A stretch of 64,000 nucleotides of DNA from Candidatus Nomurabacteria bacterium (GCA_023898465.1 CP060223.1:192001-256000); one strand, 5' to 3'; positions 41,377 to 50,462 are shown, numbered from the stretch's first letter. Made by a program: numbers and translations. The notes: generated from the sequence alone by a model not told the origin.

Positions 41377-42818
41377 CCCTTAGCCGAGCTCTGGAGGGAT
41401 TACGCTCGGGAGAATATAGCGCGATTGAGTTGACGCAAAGTTTGCTAGAACGCAGTGCTCAACTTAACCCCAAACTCAACGCCTACATTTCCATTCATGC
41501 TGAGCAGGCTATGGCCGCAGCCCAAGAGGCTGATGCCAAACTTTCTCGGGGTGAGGACATTGGACCCTTAACTGGCATCCCAATAGCAGTGAAGGATGGA
41601 ATTGTGACGAAGGGCCCATCAACGGCCGGCTCTCACATGCTTGAGCATTTTAGCGCTACGTATAATGCCAGTGTGGTGGAGCGATTACAGCAGGCCGGCG
41701 CTATTATCTTAGGCAAGACAAACTGCGATGAATTTGCTTTTGGCGTATCAGGTGAGTACTCAGCTTTTGGGCCAAGTCGTAACCCATGGGACACTGAGCG
41801 AGTGCCAGGTGGTTCATCATCCGGCTCAGCTGTTGCGGTTGCCGCAGGCTTAGCGCTTGGGTCACTTGGTAGTGATACCGGCGGATCAGTTCGTCAGCCG
41901 GCGAGCATGACTAATCTTGTCGGTATCCGCCCGAGTTATGGACGAGTAAGTCGATATGGTTTAATCGGCACCGCTTCCTCGCTTGATACGATTGGCGTCT
42001 TTGGTCGTAACGTTGAGGATGCCGTGCGCATCTTCCAGGCAATAGCCGGACATGATACTAAGGACGCAACTTCGTTGCCTGATGCAGTGCCGGACTATTT
42101 AGCGCTTATGCAGGAAAAAAATCGTAAACTGCGTATTGGTATACCAAAGGAATATTTTAGCGACGCCTTACGAGATGATGTGCGTGCAGTGGTAGAGCAG
42201 GCGATTATGACTTTGCGGCAGCTTGGTCACGAGCCAGTGGAGATTTCTTTGCCGCACACCGAGGAGTCGCTGGCAGTCTATTACATTCTCAACCCTTCTG
42301 AATCATCTTCCAACCTCGCACGCTTTGATGGCATTCGTTACGGACACTCAGCGCTGGAGAAAAATGAGAAAGCGCCGCTAGGTGAAGTGTTTGCGAAAAG
42401 TCGTGATGAGGGTTTTGGTCCAGAAGCAAAGCGACGCATTTTACTCGGCACCTTTGCCTTATCCAGCGGCTATGCAGCGAAATATTATGTGAAGGCGCAG
42501 CAAGTTCGCACTTTAGTAAAAGAGGACTTCACAAATGCCTTTCAATCGGTTGACCTGATTGTTACCCCGACTGTACCAGAGCCAGCCTGGAAAATCGGCG
42601 AAGTGCAAGATCCTTTGAAGCTCTATCTGGCTGATATTTTCATGACGGCGACCAGCTTAGCCGGACTGCCAGCCATTTCCGTTCCTGCTGGCTTTGTCGA
42701 CGGATTACCCGTTGGTATGCAGATTATTGGCAAGTCATTAGCCGAAGCAGAAATATTTGCCCTGGCTCAGCAATATGAGAATTCAAGTGAATGGGTAAAG
42801 CAATTTCCCAAACTTTAG
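41358..42818 (+). CDS. gatA: Glu-tRNA(Gln)/Asp-tRNA(Asn) amidotransferase subunit A (amidase)
   Basis: 486 aa; amidase signature GGSSSGSAVAVAAG…SDTGGSVRQPAS. Confidence 0.9.
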   Translation: MDFKEITLSRALEGLRSGEYSAIELTQSLLERSAQLNPKLNAYISIHAEQAMAAAQEADAKLSRGEDIGPLTGIPIAVKDGIVTKGPSTAGSHMLEHFSATYNASVVERLQQAGAIILGKTNCDEFAFGVSGEYSAFGPSRNPWDTERVPGGSSSGSAVAVAAGLALGSLGSDTGGSVRQPASMTNLVGIRPSYGRVSRYGLIGTASSLDTIGVFGRNVEDAVRIFQAIAGHDTKDATSLPDAVPDYLALMQEKNRKLRIGIPKEYFSDALRDDVRAVVEQAIMTLRQLGHEPVEISLPHTEESLAVYYILNPSESSSNLARFDGIRYGHSALEKNEKAPLGEVFAKSRDEGFGPEAKRRILLGTFALSSGYAAKYYVKAQQVRTLVKEDFTNAFQSVDLIVTPTVPEPAWKIGEVQDPLKLYLADIFMTATSLAGLPAISVPAGFVDGLPVGMQIIGKSLAEAEIFALAQQYENSSEWVKQFPKL

Positions 42819-42882
42819 CACTTGTCAAAAGTCACTTTTTATTGTAGACTTATCGCGTTCCTAATCTGAAATCGCAGTAACT

Positions 42883-43260
42883 ATGGCGGAAAAAAAGACC
42901 AAGGTCCTTATTGTAGAAGACGAGAAAATGCTCGCCGATATGTATGGGACGAAATTCAGTATGGAGGGGTATGAAGTAGAAAAGGCGAATGATGGTGCGG
43001 CTGGTTTAGAAAAAGCAAAAACCATGCAGCCGGATATCATTCTCTTGGATGTTATTATGCCAAAGATGGACGGTTTTACCGTGCTTAAGGCGCTGAAAGA
43101 AGAGTCAAGGTTAAAAGATACCCCAGTCATCTTGTTGACCAATCTAGGTCAGGACGATGATGTAAAAAAAGGGAAAGAGCTCGGAGCAAATGATTATTAT
43201 GTGAAATCAAATCACAGTCCTTCCGAGATCGTCGAAAAAGTAAAACAAGTTATTCAGTAA
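42883..43260 (+). CDS. Stand-alone response-regulator receiver (REC) protein, paralog of 28009 gene
   Basis: 125 aa; …KVLIVEDE…, …DIILLDVIMPKMDGFTV…, …PVILLTNLG…; ~50% identical to the REC in the pilus operon. Confidence 0.75.
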   Translation: MAEKKTKVLIVEDEKMLADMYGTKFSMEGYEVEKANDGAAGLEKAKTMQPDIILLDVIMPKMDGFTVLKALKEESRLKDTPVILLTNLGQDDDVKKGKELGANDYYVKSNHSPSEIVEKVKQVIQ

Positions 43261-43284
43261 GATATTTTAATTTATCAAACGCGC

Positions 43285-43890
43285 ATGTCAGAGACACAGC
43301 CGAATTTTATCGAACGCACCGTTGTCTTGGTGAAACCAGATGGTGTGAAGCGGGGATTAGTCGGGGAAATAATTGGCCGATTTGAAAAGACCGGCTTAAA
43401 AATAGTCGGAATGAAAATGATCTGGGTTGATAAAGAGCTGGTGGCTAAGCACTACCCAGAATCACGCACCGAATTGCTGCGAGGTATCGGTGAAAAAACT
43501 TTGAAGACCTATCAAGAGTACGGCATGGATCCAAACGAGCAATTGGGAACTATGGATCCGCTGGAAATTGGTAAGATGGTGAATAACTGGAATATTGATT
43601 TCCTCACCTCAGGTCCAGTTATGGCTATGGTGCTCGAAGGTCTGCACGCCATTTCTAACGTACGACAAATAGTTGGTAATACTTTACCGGTCTTTGCTGA
43701 TCCAGGTACCATTCGTGGTGATTACTCACTGGATTCTCCGGCTATGGCCAATCAACAGAAGCGAACGGTCCGTAACCTGATTCACGCTTCAGGTAACGCT
43801 GAAGAAGCAAAGTATGAAGTTGAGCTATGGTTCCGTGAGAACGAGCTCTATACCTACAAGCGCAGCGACGAAGCGGTGATGTACGAGTAG
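43285..43890 (+). CDS. ndk: Nucleoside diphosphate kinase (long form)
   Basis: 201 aa; …ERTVVLVKPDGVKRGLVGEIIGRFEK… and active-site His region …NLIHASGNAEEA…. Confidence 0.85.
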   Translation: MSETQPNFIERTVVLVKPDGVKRGLVGEIIGRFEKTGLKIVGMKMIWVDKELVAKHYPESRTELLRGIGEKTLKTYQEYGMDPNEQLGTMDPLEIGKMVNNWNIDFLTSGPVMAMVLEGLHAISNVRQIVGNTLPVFADPGTIRGDYSLDSPAMANQQKRTVRNLIHASGNAEEAKYEVELWFRENELYTYKRSDEAVMYE

Positions 43891-43903
43891 TTTATTCTCT
43901 GAA

Positions 43904-43939
43904 GCAAAAAAAAGACCGGGCCACGTGCCCGGTTTTTTA
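43904..43939. terminator. Bidirectional rho-independent terminator between ndk (+) and the minus-strand hypothetical
   Basis: AAAAAAAAGACCGGGCcacgtGCCCGGTTTTTTAAA; A-run and T-run flank a GC stem. Confidence 0.6.
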
Positions 43940-44569
43940 AATGTGTTCTTTCGCTAGCCGTTTAAGTTTTTGGCCCGCAGAGGTTGTTGTAATTTTATTT
44001 GTAATGGCGAGTCCGTGCTTTAATTGGCTCACTGTTTTTTCAGGGGCATATGAATGCGGTGAGTCTGCAAACTTATCTAAAAAGTTTTCTTTTAGTGTTT
44101 TAAATTTTTGCTCATCAAATTTGTTAGAGTTACGATCGTAGCTGAGTTCATAAATTGTCGCTAGTTTGTCTTGATATACTTCAGCTCTATGTTCTGTTGT
44201 TACCCAAAAGAAATCATTATCTTTTTTTGAGGATTCTTGCATTGCTTCACATTGGCTATAAAAAACACTTATTTCTTGTAGTTCATCTTGATCAAAGTCC
44301 GCAGCAAAAAGATACGAGAAGTCTCTCCAGCTATTATTAGGTAAAATATGAGGAAAATCTTTTGCACCTCTCTCCACTAAGCCTCGTATTTCTTCGATCC
44401 TTTGTTCAGCGTTACGAATTTCGGTTAATAATATTCGCGCTACATCAGTTTTTTTATCTTTTCTCTGACGTCGATATAATATTAACGTAGATAGTCCAAG
44501 TAGGCCGACTAGAAATGTAGAGAACGCTTCAACGTGATCGATAAATAAGTAAGAAATAATATGATTCAT
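43937..44569 (-). CDS. Hypothetical membrane-anchored protein, AT-rich gene adjacent to tRNA-Pro
   Basis: 210 aa; N-terminal TM helix; no motif recognised; appears AT-rich compared with neighbours. Confidence 0.45.
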   Translation of the reverse strand: MNHIISYLFIDHVEAFSTFLVGLLGLSTLILYRRQRKDKKTDVARILLTEIRNAEQRIEEIRGLVERGAKDFPHILPNNSWRDFSYLFAADFDQDELQEISVFYSQCEAMQESSKKDNDFFWVTTEHRAEVYQDKLATIYELSYDRNSNKFDEQKFKTLKENFLDKFADSPHSYAPEKTVSQLKHGLAITNKITTTSAGQKLKRLAKEHI

Positions 44570-44590
44570 ATAGAGTATTAGTTATTTGTA

Positions 44591-44667
44591 TGGTCGGGGT
44601 GGCGGGACTTGAACCCACGACCTCATGCACCCCATGCATGCGCGCTAGCCAACTGCGCCACACCCCG
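44591..44667 (-). tRNA. tRNA-Pro (anticodon GGG)
   Basis: Reverse complement CGGGGTGTGGCGCAGTTGGCTAGCGCGCATGCATGGGGTGCATGAGGTCGTGGGTTCAAGTCCCGCCACCCCGACCA folds as cloverleaf: anticodon stem CATGC/GCATG, loop ATGGGGT (GGG), T-loop TTCAAGT, encoded CCA. Confidence 0.8.
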
Positions 44668-44742
44668 ACGGCGGCATAACCTTAGCACCTAGGGGAATGT
44701 CTCGTAAAGCGCTATACTGAGCTTGTAATAGGGTATGGGTAT

Positions 44743-45348
44743 ATGCGCATTCGTCAATGGATAATTGGCATTCTCGTGCTCGCCACTGGACTGACAGTGT
44801 CTATTCAAGCTGGTAACTTTGTGTCGAATCATTGGGCTACTCATCCCAGCGTGCATGACATTGTGCTTGAGCATATTCCTTATGTGAATTTATTTTTTAT
44901 AGGCGAGATGTTGTACTGGCTAGTGCTGGCTACATATTTGCTTTTGTATATTCGTTATCAACGCGCACAGATTCCTTACATTCTTTGCTTGGTCGGCATC
45001 TATTATCTCTTGCGTTCTCTCTTCCTTATTCTTTTACCCATTGGTCATCCGTTTAGTGCGCCAGAGTATGGAGAACGCTGGAGTGCCTATCCGCAATTTG
45101 CTTATTTTCCCAGCGGTCACCTTGGCTTCCTCACCATCATCACGCTTGGCTTAGGGCCGATTCGTTTTCACCGTTGGTTTTGGTTGCTCGTACTTTTCTT
45201 TGGTGTAGGCATGATCGTCACGCGGGCACATTACACTGTGGATATACTTGGAGCAGTGGTTATTGCGTATGCCGTGTACGCGTTTGCGGAACAACATTTA
45301 CGTTCGCGTTGGTTTGCAAAAAACACTCAGCCGGCGCTGGGCAAATAA
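44743..45348 (+). CDS. PAP2-superfamily membrane protein (phosphatidic acid phosphatase type 2-like)
   Basis: 201 aa; polytopic; PSGH and (T)RAHYTVD motifs resembling PAP2 motifs II/III. Confidence 0.5.
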   Translation: MRIRQWIIGILVLATGLTVSIQAGNFVSNHWATHPSVHDIVLEHIPYVNLFFIGEMLYWLVLATYLLLYIRYQRAQIPYILCLVGIYYLLRSLFLILLPIGHPFSAPEYGERWSAYPQFAYFPSGHLGFLTIITLGLGPIRFHRWFWLLVLFFGVGMIVTRAHYTVDILGAVVIAYAVYAFAEQHLRSRWFAKNTQPALGK

Positions 45349-45361
45349 TTTTTCCTAGTGC

Positions 45362-46024
45362 TTATCTCAACCCTTCACTAAGCACCGCGTCTAAATCCCA
45401 ACGCACTCGGCGACGCTCTGGCTTGGCAAAAATATATTCAAAAACTTTTTGCATAAATCCAAACACTGCAGATCTCAATGAAAAGTCAGTTGGGCCAAGG
45501 AGTTTTTCACGCTCGCTGTTATTCAGTGGTCGGGCGCCAGCACTTTGTCTCAGCTCATCAAAGGCCTCATCGCCAATTTTTTGGTGTAAGGCATCCATAA
45601 AGCGGCGGAGCAATTTTCTTGCCCGCGCATAATCACGCAGATTCCAATCAGGGTTAAAAAAGAGCGAGAGGGTGCGCACGGCATGCTCCTCATTTGTCAT
45701 ACCCTGATGTACTGCCAGGTCTTGAATAAGGTGGATAGCAAAACCCAGCCAGACTAATCGCTCAGAGCTAGGGCTGTGTTGTATTTGCGCTATGTATTCT
45801 TTTAGCTGCGCACTGGTTGCTTGAGAGGCGAGCTTCGGGTCGGTAGGTTCGCCGTACTCAGTAGTACTCGGAGTTGCTGCATTTGGGATGCATTTATTCC
45901 AGCGGTGCCAATCAGTCCACTGGGCACTTTGGCCTAGGATGCCAGCAGTTTCTTTGCTAAAGCCGTATTCACGCGCTACAGCCATTGCTTGTCGTTTATG
46001 GAGGTAGGGGATCATGTTCTCCAT
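45362..46024 (-). CDS. Hypothetical protein, possibly zinc-dependent phospholipase C-like fold
   Basis: 220 aa; His/Asp-rich pattern (…WTDWHRW…, …HLIQDLAVHQGMTNEEH…) reminiscent of Zn-PLC / P1-nuclease metal ligands; weak. Confidence 0.4.
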   Translation of the reverse strand: MENMIPYLHKRQAMAVAREYGFSKETAGILGQSAQWTDWHRWNKCIPNAATPSTTEYGEPTDPKLASQATSAQLKEYIAQIQHSPSSERLVWLGFAIHLIQDLAVHQGMTNEEHAVRTLSLFFNPDWNLRDYARARKLLRRFMDALHQKIGDEAFDELRQSAGARPLNNSEREKLLGPTDFSLRSAVFGFMQKVFEYIFAKPERRRVRWDLDAVLSEGLR

Positions 46025-46061
46025 AGTAGCCTGAAAAACTGAGTAAAGCGAATGGATATAC

Positions 46062-46090
46062 TTGACAAATTATATAATTAGTAGTATAAT
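46062..46090 (+). promoter_or_regulatory. Consensus sigma70 promoter (TTGACA-17-TATAAT) driving the GC-rich islet
   Basis: -35 TTGACA 46062-46067; 17-nt spacer; -10 TATAAT 46085-46090; followed by ~170-nt structured leader and SD GGGGGAAG before ATG 46266. Confidence 0.55.
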
Positions 46091-46265
46091 ACTCAGTTCT
46101 ACGCTAAAAATAGCGAAATTTGTCAAGCGTATGAACCCCCTCCGTATTGGCCTCGGACAAAATCGAGGTCAGTGCGGAGGGGCGCACATTGAGAATTCAT
46201 CTCGTGTATGTTACTCCGGCTTGCTTCGACGGAAGTAGGTCTAGACCAAACGTTTGGGGGAAGAA

Positions 46266-47516
46266 ATGCAAAGCAAGGGTTTCTGGTTCACGTTGATCAT
46301 GACCAGCTTGGTCATGTTGCTTCTCTCCGCGGCTATGGCGCAAGCCACGTCGCAACCGATGATTCCGAGGAGCCTCCTGGCAACCCCTTGGCACACTGCC
46401 GAGGACGCGAGTGGCGATCTCATCGTCACTACCCAGGATTCCGACATCAACGGTATCTGGTCTTCGTCTCACGCAGACTCGTCTGCCGAGGCCGTGGCTA
46501 TGTGGGCGGACATCGTCGCCTACAACAAGCAGCATGGAATGACTGGGAAGGACTTCACCCGGATGATTCCGGGCGAGACCACCTACCGTGTGCCTGTCTG
46601 GCGGGCGGAGCAGTTCAAAGCGTGGTACAAGTCTCGCAACAACGTGCCGACGGCCACGTCTGCAATCGAGTCTGCTCCGGAATCGACCAACCCTGGTCGC
46701 GGATTCCCAGGCTTCCTCGGCGGTCTACTGGCTGCTGGAGCTCTGGTCGGTGCGACTACTCTCGGAACCCGGCAACGGAGGCGCTTGCTTCAACCGTCCA
46801 ACGCAAACCCGATGCGGCAAAGCCCGCTCGAGAATGTCGAGGACGCGGCGACAGAGGTTCGGGAGCAGATCCTGGCCTTCAGTCGTCTCAACCCCACGTC
46901 TCCGGAATCTCTGGTGAATCCGGAGGAATGGACCATCGTCAGCGCTGTCCGTGGCCTCGGTAACGGGGCGGTCGAGTCCCACTTCAGCAACGGTTCCACG
47001 AGGAAGGAGAACTTCCACAACGAGCCGTGCTACGAAGTGACGGCGCGCAACACTTCGGGTGAGGAGCGCAAGTTCTACATCCGGATCAAGTGCGCGAACC
47101 AGCTCACCGGCCTGACGGGTCAGTTCGGGCTCGACGACTTCACCTTCACTCCTGGAGGCGATGCAGTCGAGCTGAACATGCCTTTCGTACCCGCCGCTGA
47201 CCCCACCCCCGCCACCACTGCTACCGCTGACTCGACTCCGGCTGCTACTTCGACCGAAAGCGCTCCTGCGCCGACGGACGAAGCTGCTCCGACCGAGGCT
47301 GCTCAGGTTCCGGCCGAGACCGAGGCAGATCTTGACCTGGTCAAGATCGAGGCTCTGGGCGAGGGTCAGTTCCGGATCACGCGATCTGGACAGCCCCTCG
47401 AAGTGAATGGTGACTACATCACCATTACTAGCTGGAAGGGCTTCAGCTTCTTTCATCGGGGGAATGAGACCCTGGTGATTCCGCCGAAGTCCACCGACAC
47501 CACCCCGCAGGCCTAA
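46266..47516 (+). CDS. Hypothetical secreted/membrane protein encoded in GC-rich (~60%) foreign-looking DNA
   Basis: Start at ATG 46266 after SD (ORF track starts at TTG 46254). Signal peptide (MQSKGFWFTLIMTSLVMLLLSAAMAQA), internal TM followed by RRR (GFPGFLGGLLAAGALVGATTLGTRQRRR), Pro/Thr/Ala-rich linker (PAADPTPATTATADSTPAATSTESAPAPTDEAAPTEAAQVPAETE). GC-rich codon third positions unlike rest of window. Confidence 0.6.
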   Translation: MQSKGFWFTLIMTSLVMLLLSAAMAQATSQPMIPRSLLATPWHTAEDASGDLIVTTQDSDINGIWSSSHADSSAEAVAMWADIVAYNKQHGMTGKDFTRMIPGETTYRVPVWRAEQFKAWYKSRNNVPTATSAIESAPESTNPGRGFPGFLGGLLAAGALVGATTLGTRQRRRLLQPSNANPMRQSPLENVEDAATEVREQILAFSRLNPTSPESLVNPEEWTIVSAVRGLGNGAVESHFSNGSTRKENFHNEPCYEVTARNTSGEERKFYIRIKCANQLTGLTGQFGLDDFTFTPGGDAVELNMPFVPAADPTPATTATADSTPAATSTESAPAPTDEAAPTEAAQVPAETEADLDLVKIEALGEGQFRITRSGQPLEVNGDYITITSWKGFSFFHRGNETLVIPPKSTDTTPQA

Positions 47517-47542
47517 GAGCCTAGCGGACACGAGATGAACCC

Positions 47543-47580
47543 GAGCCCCGTTTGCTACATGCAGCGGGGCTCTTTTCTTT
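47543..47580 (+). terminator. Rho-independent terminator after 46266-47516 gene
   Basis: GAGCCCCG-tttgctacatgcag-CGGGGCTC followed by TTTTCTTT. Confidence 0.6.
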
Positions 47581-47619
47581 GCTATACTGTACATAGACGT
47601 GCTTACACAGGAGGGAGTC

Positions 47620-47904
47620 ATGTCAGACGCTCATTGCAACGGTACTGCACAGGGAGTTCCTGAGATTCGCGAGGTGCAGATTGGACTTCACGAAGGGGTG
47701 GTACGTGCGCATCTGCTGCACGGGACTGGTCCTTTTGATCATGTAGAGCTCAAGGATGCCGGTAACTGCCTCTTGGTGACCGCTGATGGCACCGTGCTAT
47801 CGCTCACGCTTGCTTCGGAGACCATCATGGCTGCTACCTGGCATGGGCGACTTCAATCAGTGCAGGAAGCTGCTGAACGAGGTAGCGATGTGCCGCAGCA
47901 GTGA
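47620..47904 (+). CDS. Small hypothetical protein (GC-rich islet)
   Basis: AGGAGGGA SD then ATG 47620 (MSDAHCNGTAQGVPEIREVQ…); ORF track variant begins 47599; high GC; no motif recognised. Confidence 0.4.
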   Translation: MSDAHCNGTAQGVPEIREVQIGLHEGVVRAHLLHGTGPFDHVELKDAGNCLLVTADGTVLSLTLASETIMAATWHGRLQSVQEAAERGSDVPQQ

Positions 47905-47968
47905 GACAAACACAATCAATATCCCACCTGCCTAGGTTTCATTACGAGACATGGGCAGGTTTCACATG

Positions 47969-47997
47969 TTGACAGCTTTTAGGGGATTCTCTAGAAT
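47969..47997 (+). promoter_or_regulatory. Consensus-like sigma70 promoter (TTGACA-17-TAGAAT)
   Basis: -35 TTGACA 47969-47974; 17-nt spacer; -10 TAGAAT 47992-47997; upstream of 48030 ORF. Confidence 0.5.
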
Positions 47998-48029
47998 CGA
48001 ACAGTCTTACTGGCTAAATAGAAAAACAC

Positions 48030-48344
48030 ATGCGCGAAAGCGAAGGATTCTCCCCAGAATTTATGGAAAACGAAAGCGACAGTGCGATGAGCGCTGAAGC
48101 GGCCGAAGCAAATTTCATTGATGAGGGAGCCCAACAGTGCGTGGTGATTGAGCCAGGCAATATTGACGTACAAACTGTCACCCAATTTGCCACAGAGCAG
48201 GGAGCGCTCATCGAGGACGAAGACGGTGGCAATCAGGATCGTTATGTGATTCGTTTCCCCGAGGGTGAACAGCAAGCGCTGACCTACGAGGAATTACGCG
48301 ACCAGATCGAAGTACATGCCCAGGAATGGGCCGAGGCAGCCTAG
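48030..48344 (+). CDS. Small acidic hypothetical protein
   Basis: 104 aa, strongly acidic (many E/D); followed by hairpin+T-run terminator at ~48352-48395 (GCGCAGCTCTTG…CAAGAGTGCGCTTTTCTATT). Confidence 0.45.
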   Translation: MRESEGFSPEFMENESDSAMSAEAAEANFIDEGAQQCVVIEPGNIDVQTVTQFATEQGALIEDEDGGNQDRYVIRFPEGEQQALTYEELRDQIEVHAQEWAEAA

Positions 48345-48717
48345 CCTAAAGAACGCAGCTCTTGTGCCCTAATGAGCAAGAGTGCGCTTTTCTATTGGGC
48401 GAAGTTTTAGTACAATGCAAAAACCGGCGACATGTCTTGCCTAGTACCGGTCTTTCCACTTACGCTTTCTGCTTCTGGTTGTGGGTTCGGATGCAAGAAG
48501 TGCAAGCCTTTACGCGCTTGCCATCAACCAGCAAGGTCTGCAAATTCACATGCTGCTTGCGCTTCGTAGCGATATTTGAGTGGCTGCGGCTGACTGCATT
48601 CATAGCTCCTCGACCGCAGATTGTACATGTCCGTGCCATACTGGCCTTTCCTTATTTCCAACAAGTAGTAACGCACCATAGACTAGCAGTCGACCCTAGT
48701 CTGGTCAAGTCCTTCCT

Positions 48718-49344
48718 ATGATTCTCGACCTCCTTTTCACCGATCCAGCCATATTCCTCATCTACCTAGGGGCAATAATCGTGCCAATTGCTTTGCATGA
48801 GTTTGCGCACGCGTTATCAGCCACGATGCAGGGCGATCCAACCCCAAAGGCTATGGGACGCCTGACCTTCAACCCATTGGCGCATATTGACCCCATGGGC
48901 ATCCTGCTCCTCCTTATTGCGGGATTTGGATGGGGGAAGCCAACCCCATTTAACCCAATAAACCTTAAAAATCCGCGTTTGGGTACGGTTTGGGTGGCCT
49001 TAGCCGGTCCTTTGTCAAACCTTATCCAGATCATAGTTTTTGGTATTTTCTTGAAATTTGTAGCGTTTTTAGGGCCAAGCAACTACCTGGTGATTTTCTT
49101 AGCCGCCTTGTTACAAATTAATATTATTCTCATGCTCTTTAACCTTATTCCCATTCCGCCTTTGGATGGATCAAAAGTACTTTTTGGTTTTTTGCCTCCC
49201 TCTACCTTGGAATTTCAAGCAAGATTTGAGCGTATTGGGCCGCTGGTGTTGCTGGGGATTATTATCGTAGATCAGTTTACCGGAATTGGAGTCTTTCACT
49301 GGATATTTAGCGGAATAACCAACGCAATCTTTTCATTTTTTTAA
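48718..49344 (+). CDS. Site-2 protease family zinc metalloprotease (M50, SpoIVFB-like)
   Basis: 208 aa; polytopic; HExxH (LHEFAHAL) in first TM region and …NLIPIPPLDGSKV… typical of S2P. Confidence 0.7.
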   Translation: MILDLLFTDPAIFLIYLGAIIVPIALHEFAHALSATMQGDPTPKAMGRLTFNPLAHIDPMGILLLLIAGFGWGKPTPFNPINLKNPRLGTVWVALAGPLSNLIQIIVFGIFLKFVAFLGPSNYLVIFLAALLQINIILMLFNLIPIPPLDGSKVLFGFLPPSTLEFQARFERIGPLVLLGIIIVDQFTGIGVFHWIFSGITNAIFSFF

Positions 49345-49490
49345 AGAAAAGCACCTGAAGCGCAAAAAAGCCTCGTCGGCTTGACGAAGTGCCATGCTCA
49401 TGGTACCGTGCTCGTCGTTACACCCGATTTTCCGGTTGCAGCAATGTACGCGACTTTGGAAGCCAATCTGGTGCTGAATGAAGAATTTTT

Positions 49491-49907
49491 ATGCCTACAA
49501 CTAGCCAACTTGTCCGCAAAGGACGCAAACGAGAGCAAACGAAGTCAAAGACTCCGGCGCTCGAAACTACCTTAAACGCCTTGAAGCGCAAACGCACCTA
49601 CCTGAAGAAGGGTAGTCCTTTTAAGCGTGGTGTATGCGTGAAGGTAACGACTACTACCCCTAAAAAGCCAAACTCAGCTTTGCGCAAAATTGCTCGTGTA
49701 CGTCTTTCGAACGGCATGGAAGTGACTGCGTACATCCCGGGCATGGGTCATAATCTCCAAGAACACTCTGTGGTATTGATTCGTGGCGGTCGTGTCAAAG
49801 ACCTTCCAGGTGTCCGTTATCACATCGTCCGTGGCGTCTATGACACCCAGGGAGTAGCTGAACGGAAGCAAAGCCGCAGTATTTATGGAGCTAAGAAAGG
49901 AAAATAA
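49491..49907 (+). CDS. rpsL: 30S ribosomal protein S12
   Basis: 138 aa; …[13 protein letters not shown]…[30 protein letters not shown]…; ~13-aa insertion after the N-terminal region. Confidence 0.9.
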   Translation: MPTTSQLVRKGRKREQTKSKTPALETTLNALKRKRTYLKKGSPFKRGVCVKVTTTTPKKPNSALRKIARVRLSNGMEVTAYIPGMGHNLQEHSVVLIRGGRVKDLPGVRYHIVRGVYDTQGVAERKQSRSIYGAKKGK

Positions 49908-50371
49908 TGCGAGGAAAGCGAGCACCAAAGCGTACCATTGCCCCTGACGCACGTTACCAAAACGTCATGTTGGCAAAGTTTATCAATTTGATTATGGAGC
50001 GCGGTAAGAAGAGCGTAGCTACTCGAATCGTCTACGGCGCTTTTGATGTGATTAAGGAAAAGACTGAGCAAGATCCTATCGAGGTATTTGATCTCGCTAT
50101 CCGCAATGTCGCTCCAGTATTAGAAGTGAAATCAAAACGCGTTGGTGGTGCAAACTACCAAGTGCCGATTGAAGTCCGTGGTGATCGCCGCATTGGTTTA
50201 GCTATGCGTTGGATTATCGCTGCCGCCCAAGGCAAAAAAGGACAGCCAATGCACGTGAAATTGGCCGAAGAGCTCATTGCTGGCTCCAAAAAAGAGGGTG
50301 AAGCCATGAAGAAGCGAGAAGATGTGCATCGCATGGCCGAAGCAAACCGCGCCTTCGCTCACTTCGCGTAG
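49907..50371 (+). CDS. rpsG: 30S ribosomal protein S7
   Basis: 154 aa; typical S7 sequence; start overlaps rpsL stop. Confidence 0.9.
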   Translation: MRGKRAPKRTIAPDARYQNVMLAKFINLIMERGKKSVATRIVYGAFDVIKEKTEQDPIEVFDLAIRNVAPVLEVKSKRVGGANYQVPIEVRGDRRIGLAMRWIIAAAQGKKGQPMHVKLAEELIAGSKKEGEAMKKREDVHRMAEANRAFAHFA

Positions 50372-50462
50372 GGGAATGTCACATTTAAAAATGCACATTA
50401 CCCACTTGCATCTCTTGTAGATACTAGCCTTTTCAATTTTACCGCCTTAATTTTTTACCACC

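Noticed and set aside
46208-47621. Long overlapping ORFs in multiple frames/strands across the GC-rich islet (46208-46963 +, 46588-46917 +, 46725-47621 -, 46197-46535 -)
   Set aside because: High-GC DNA suppresses stop codons in all frames. Their translations are Arg/Gly/Pro-rich with no coherent domain, whereas the 46266-47516 frame has a signal peptide, SD, promoter and terminator.
48362-48721. ORF 48362-48721 (+) 119 aa
   Set aside because: Translation is Cys/Phe/Leu-rich nonsense with no start context; region better explained as non-coding (see finding).
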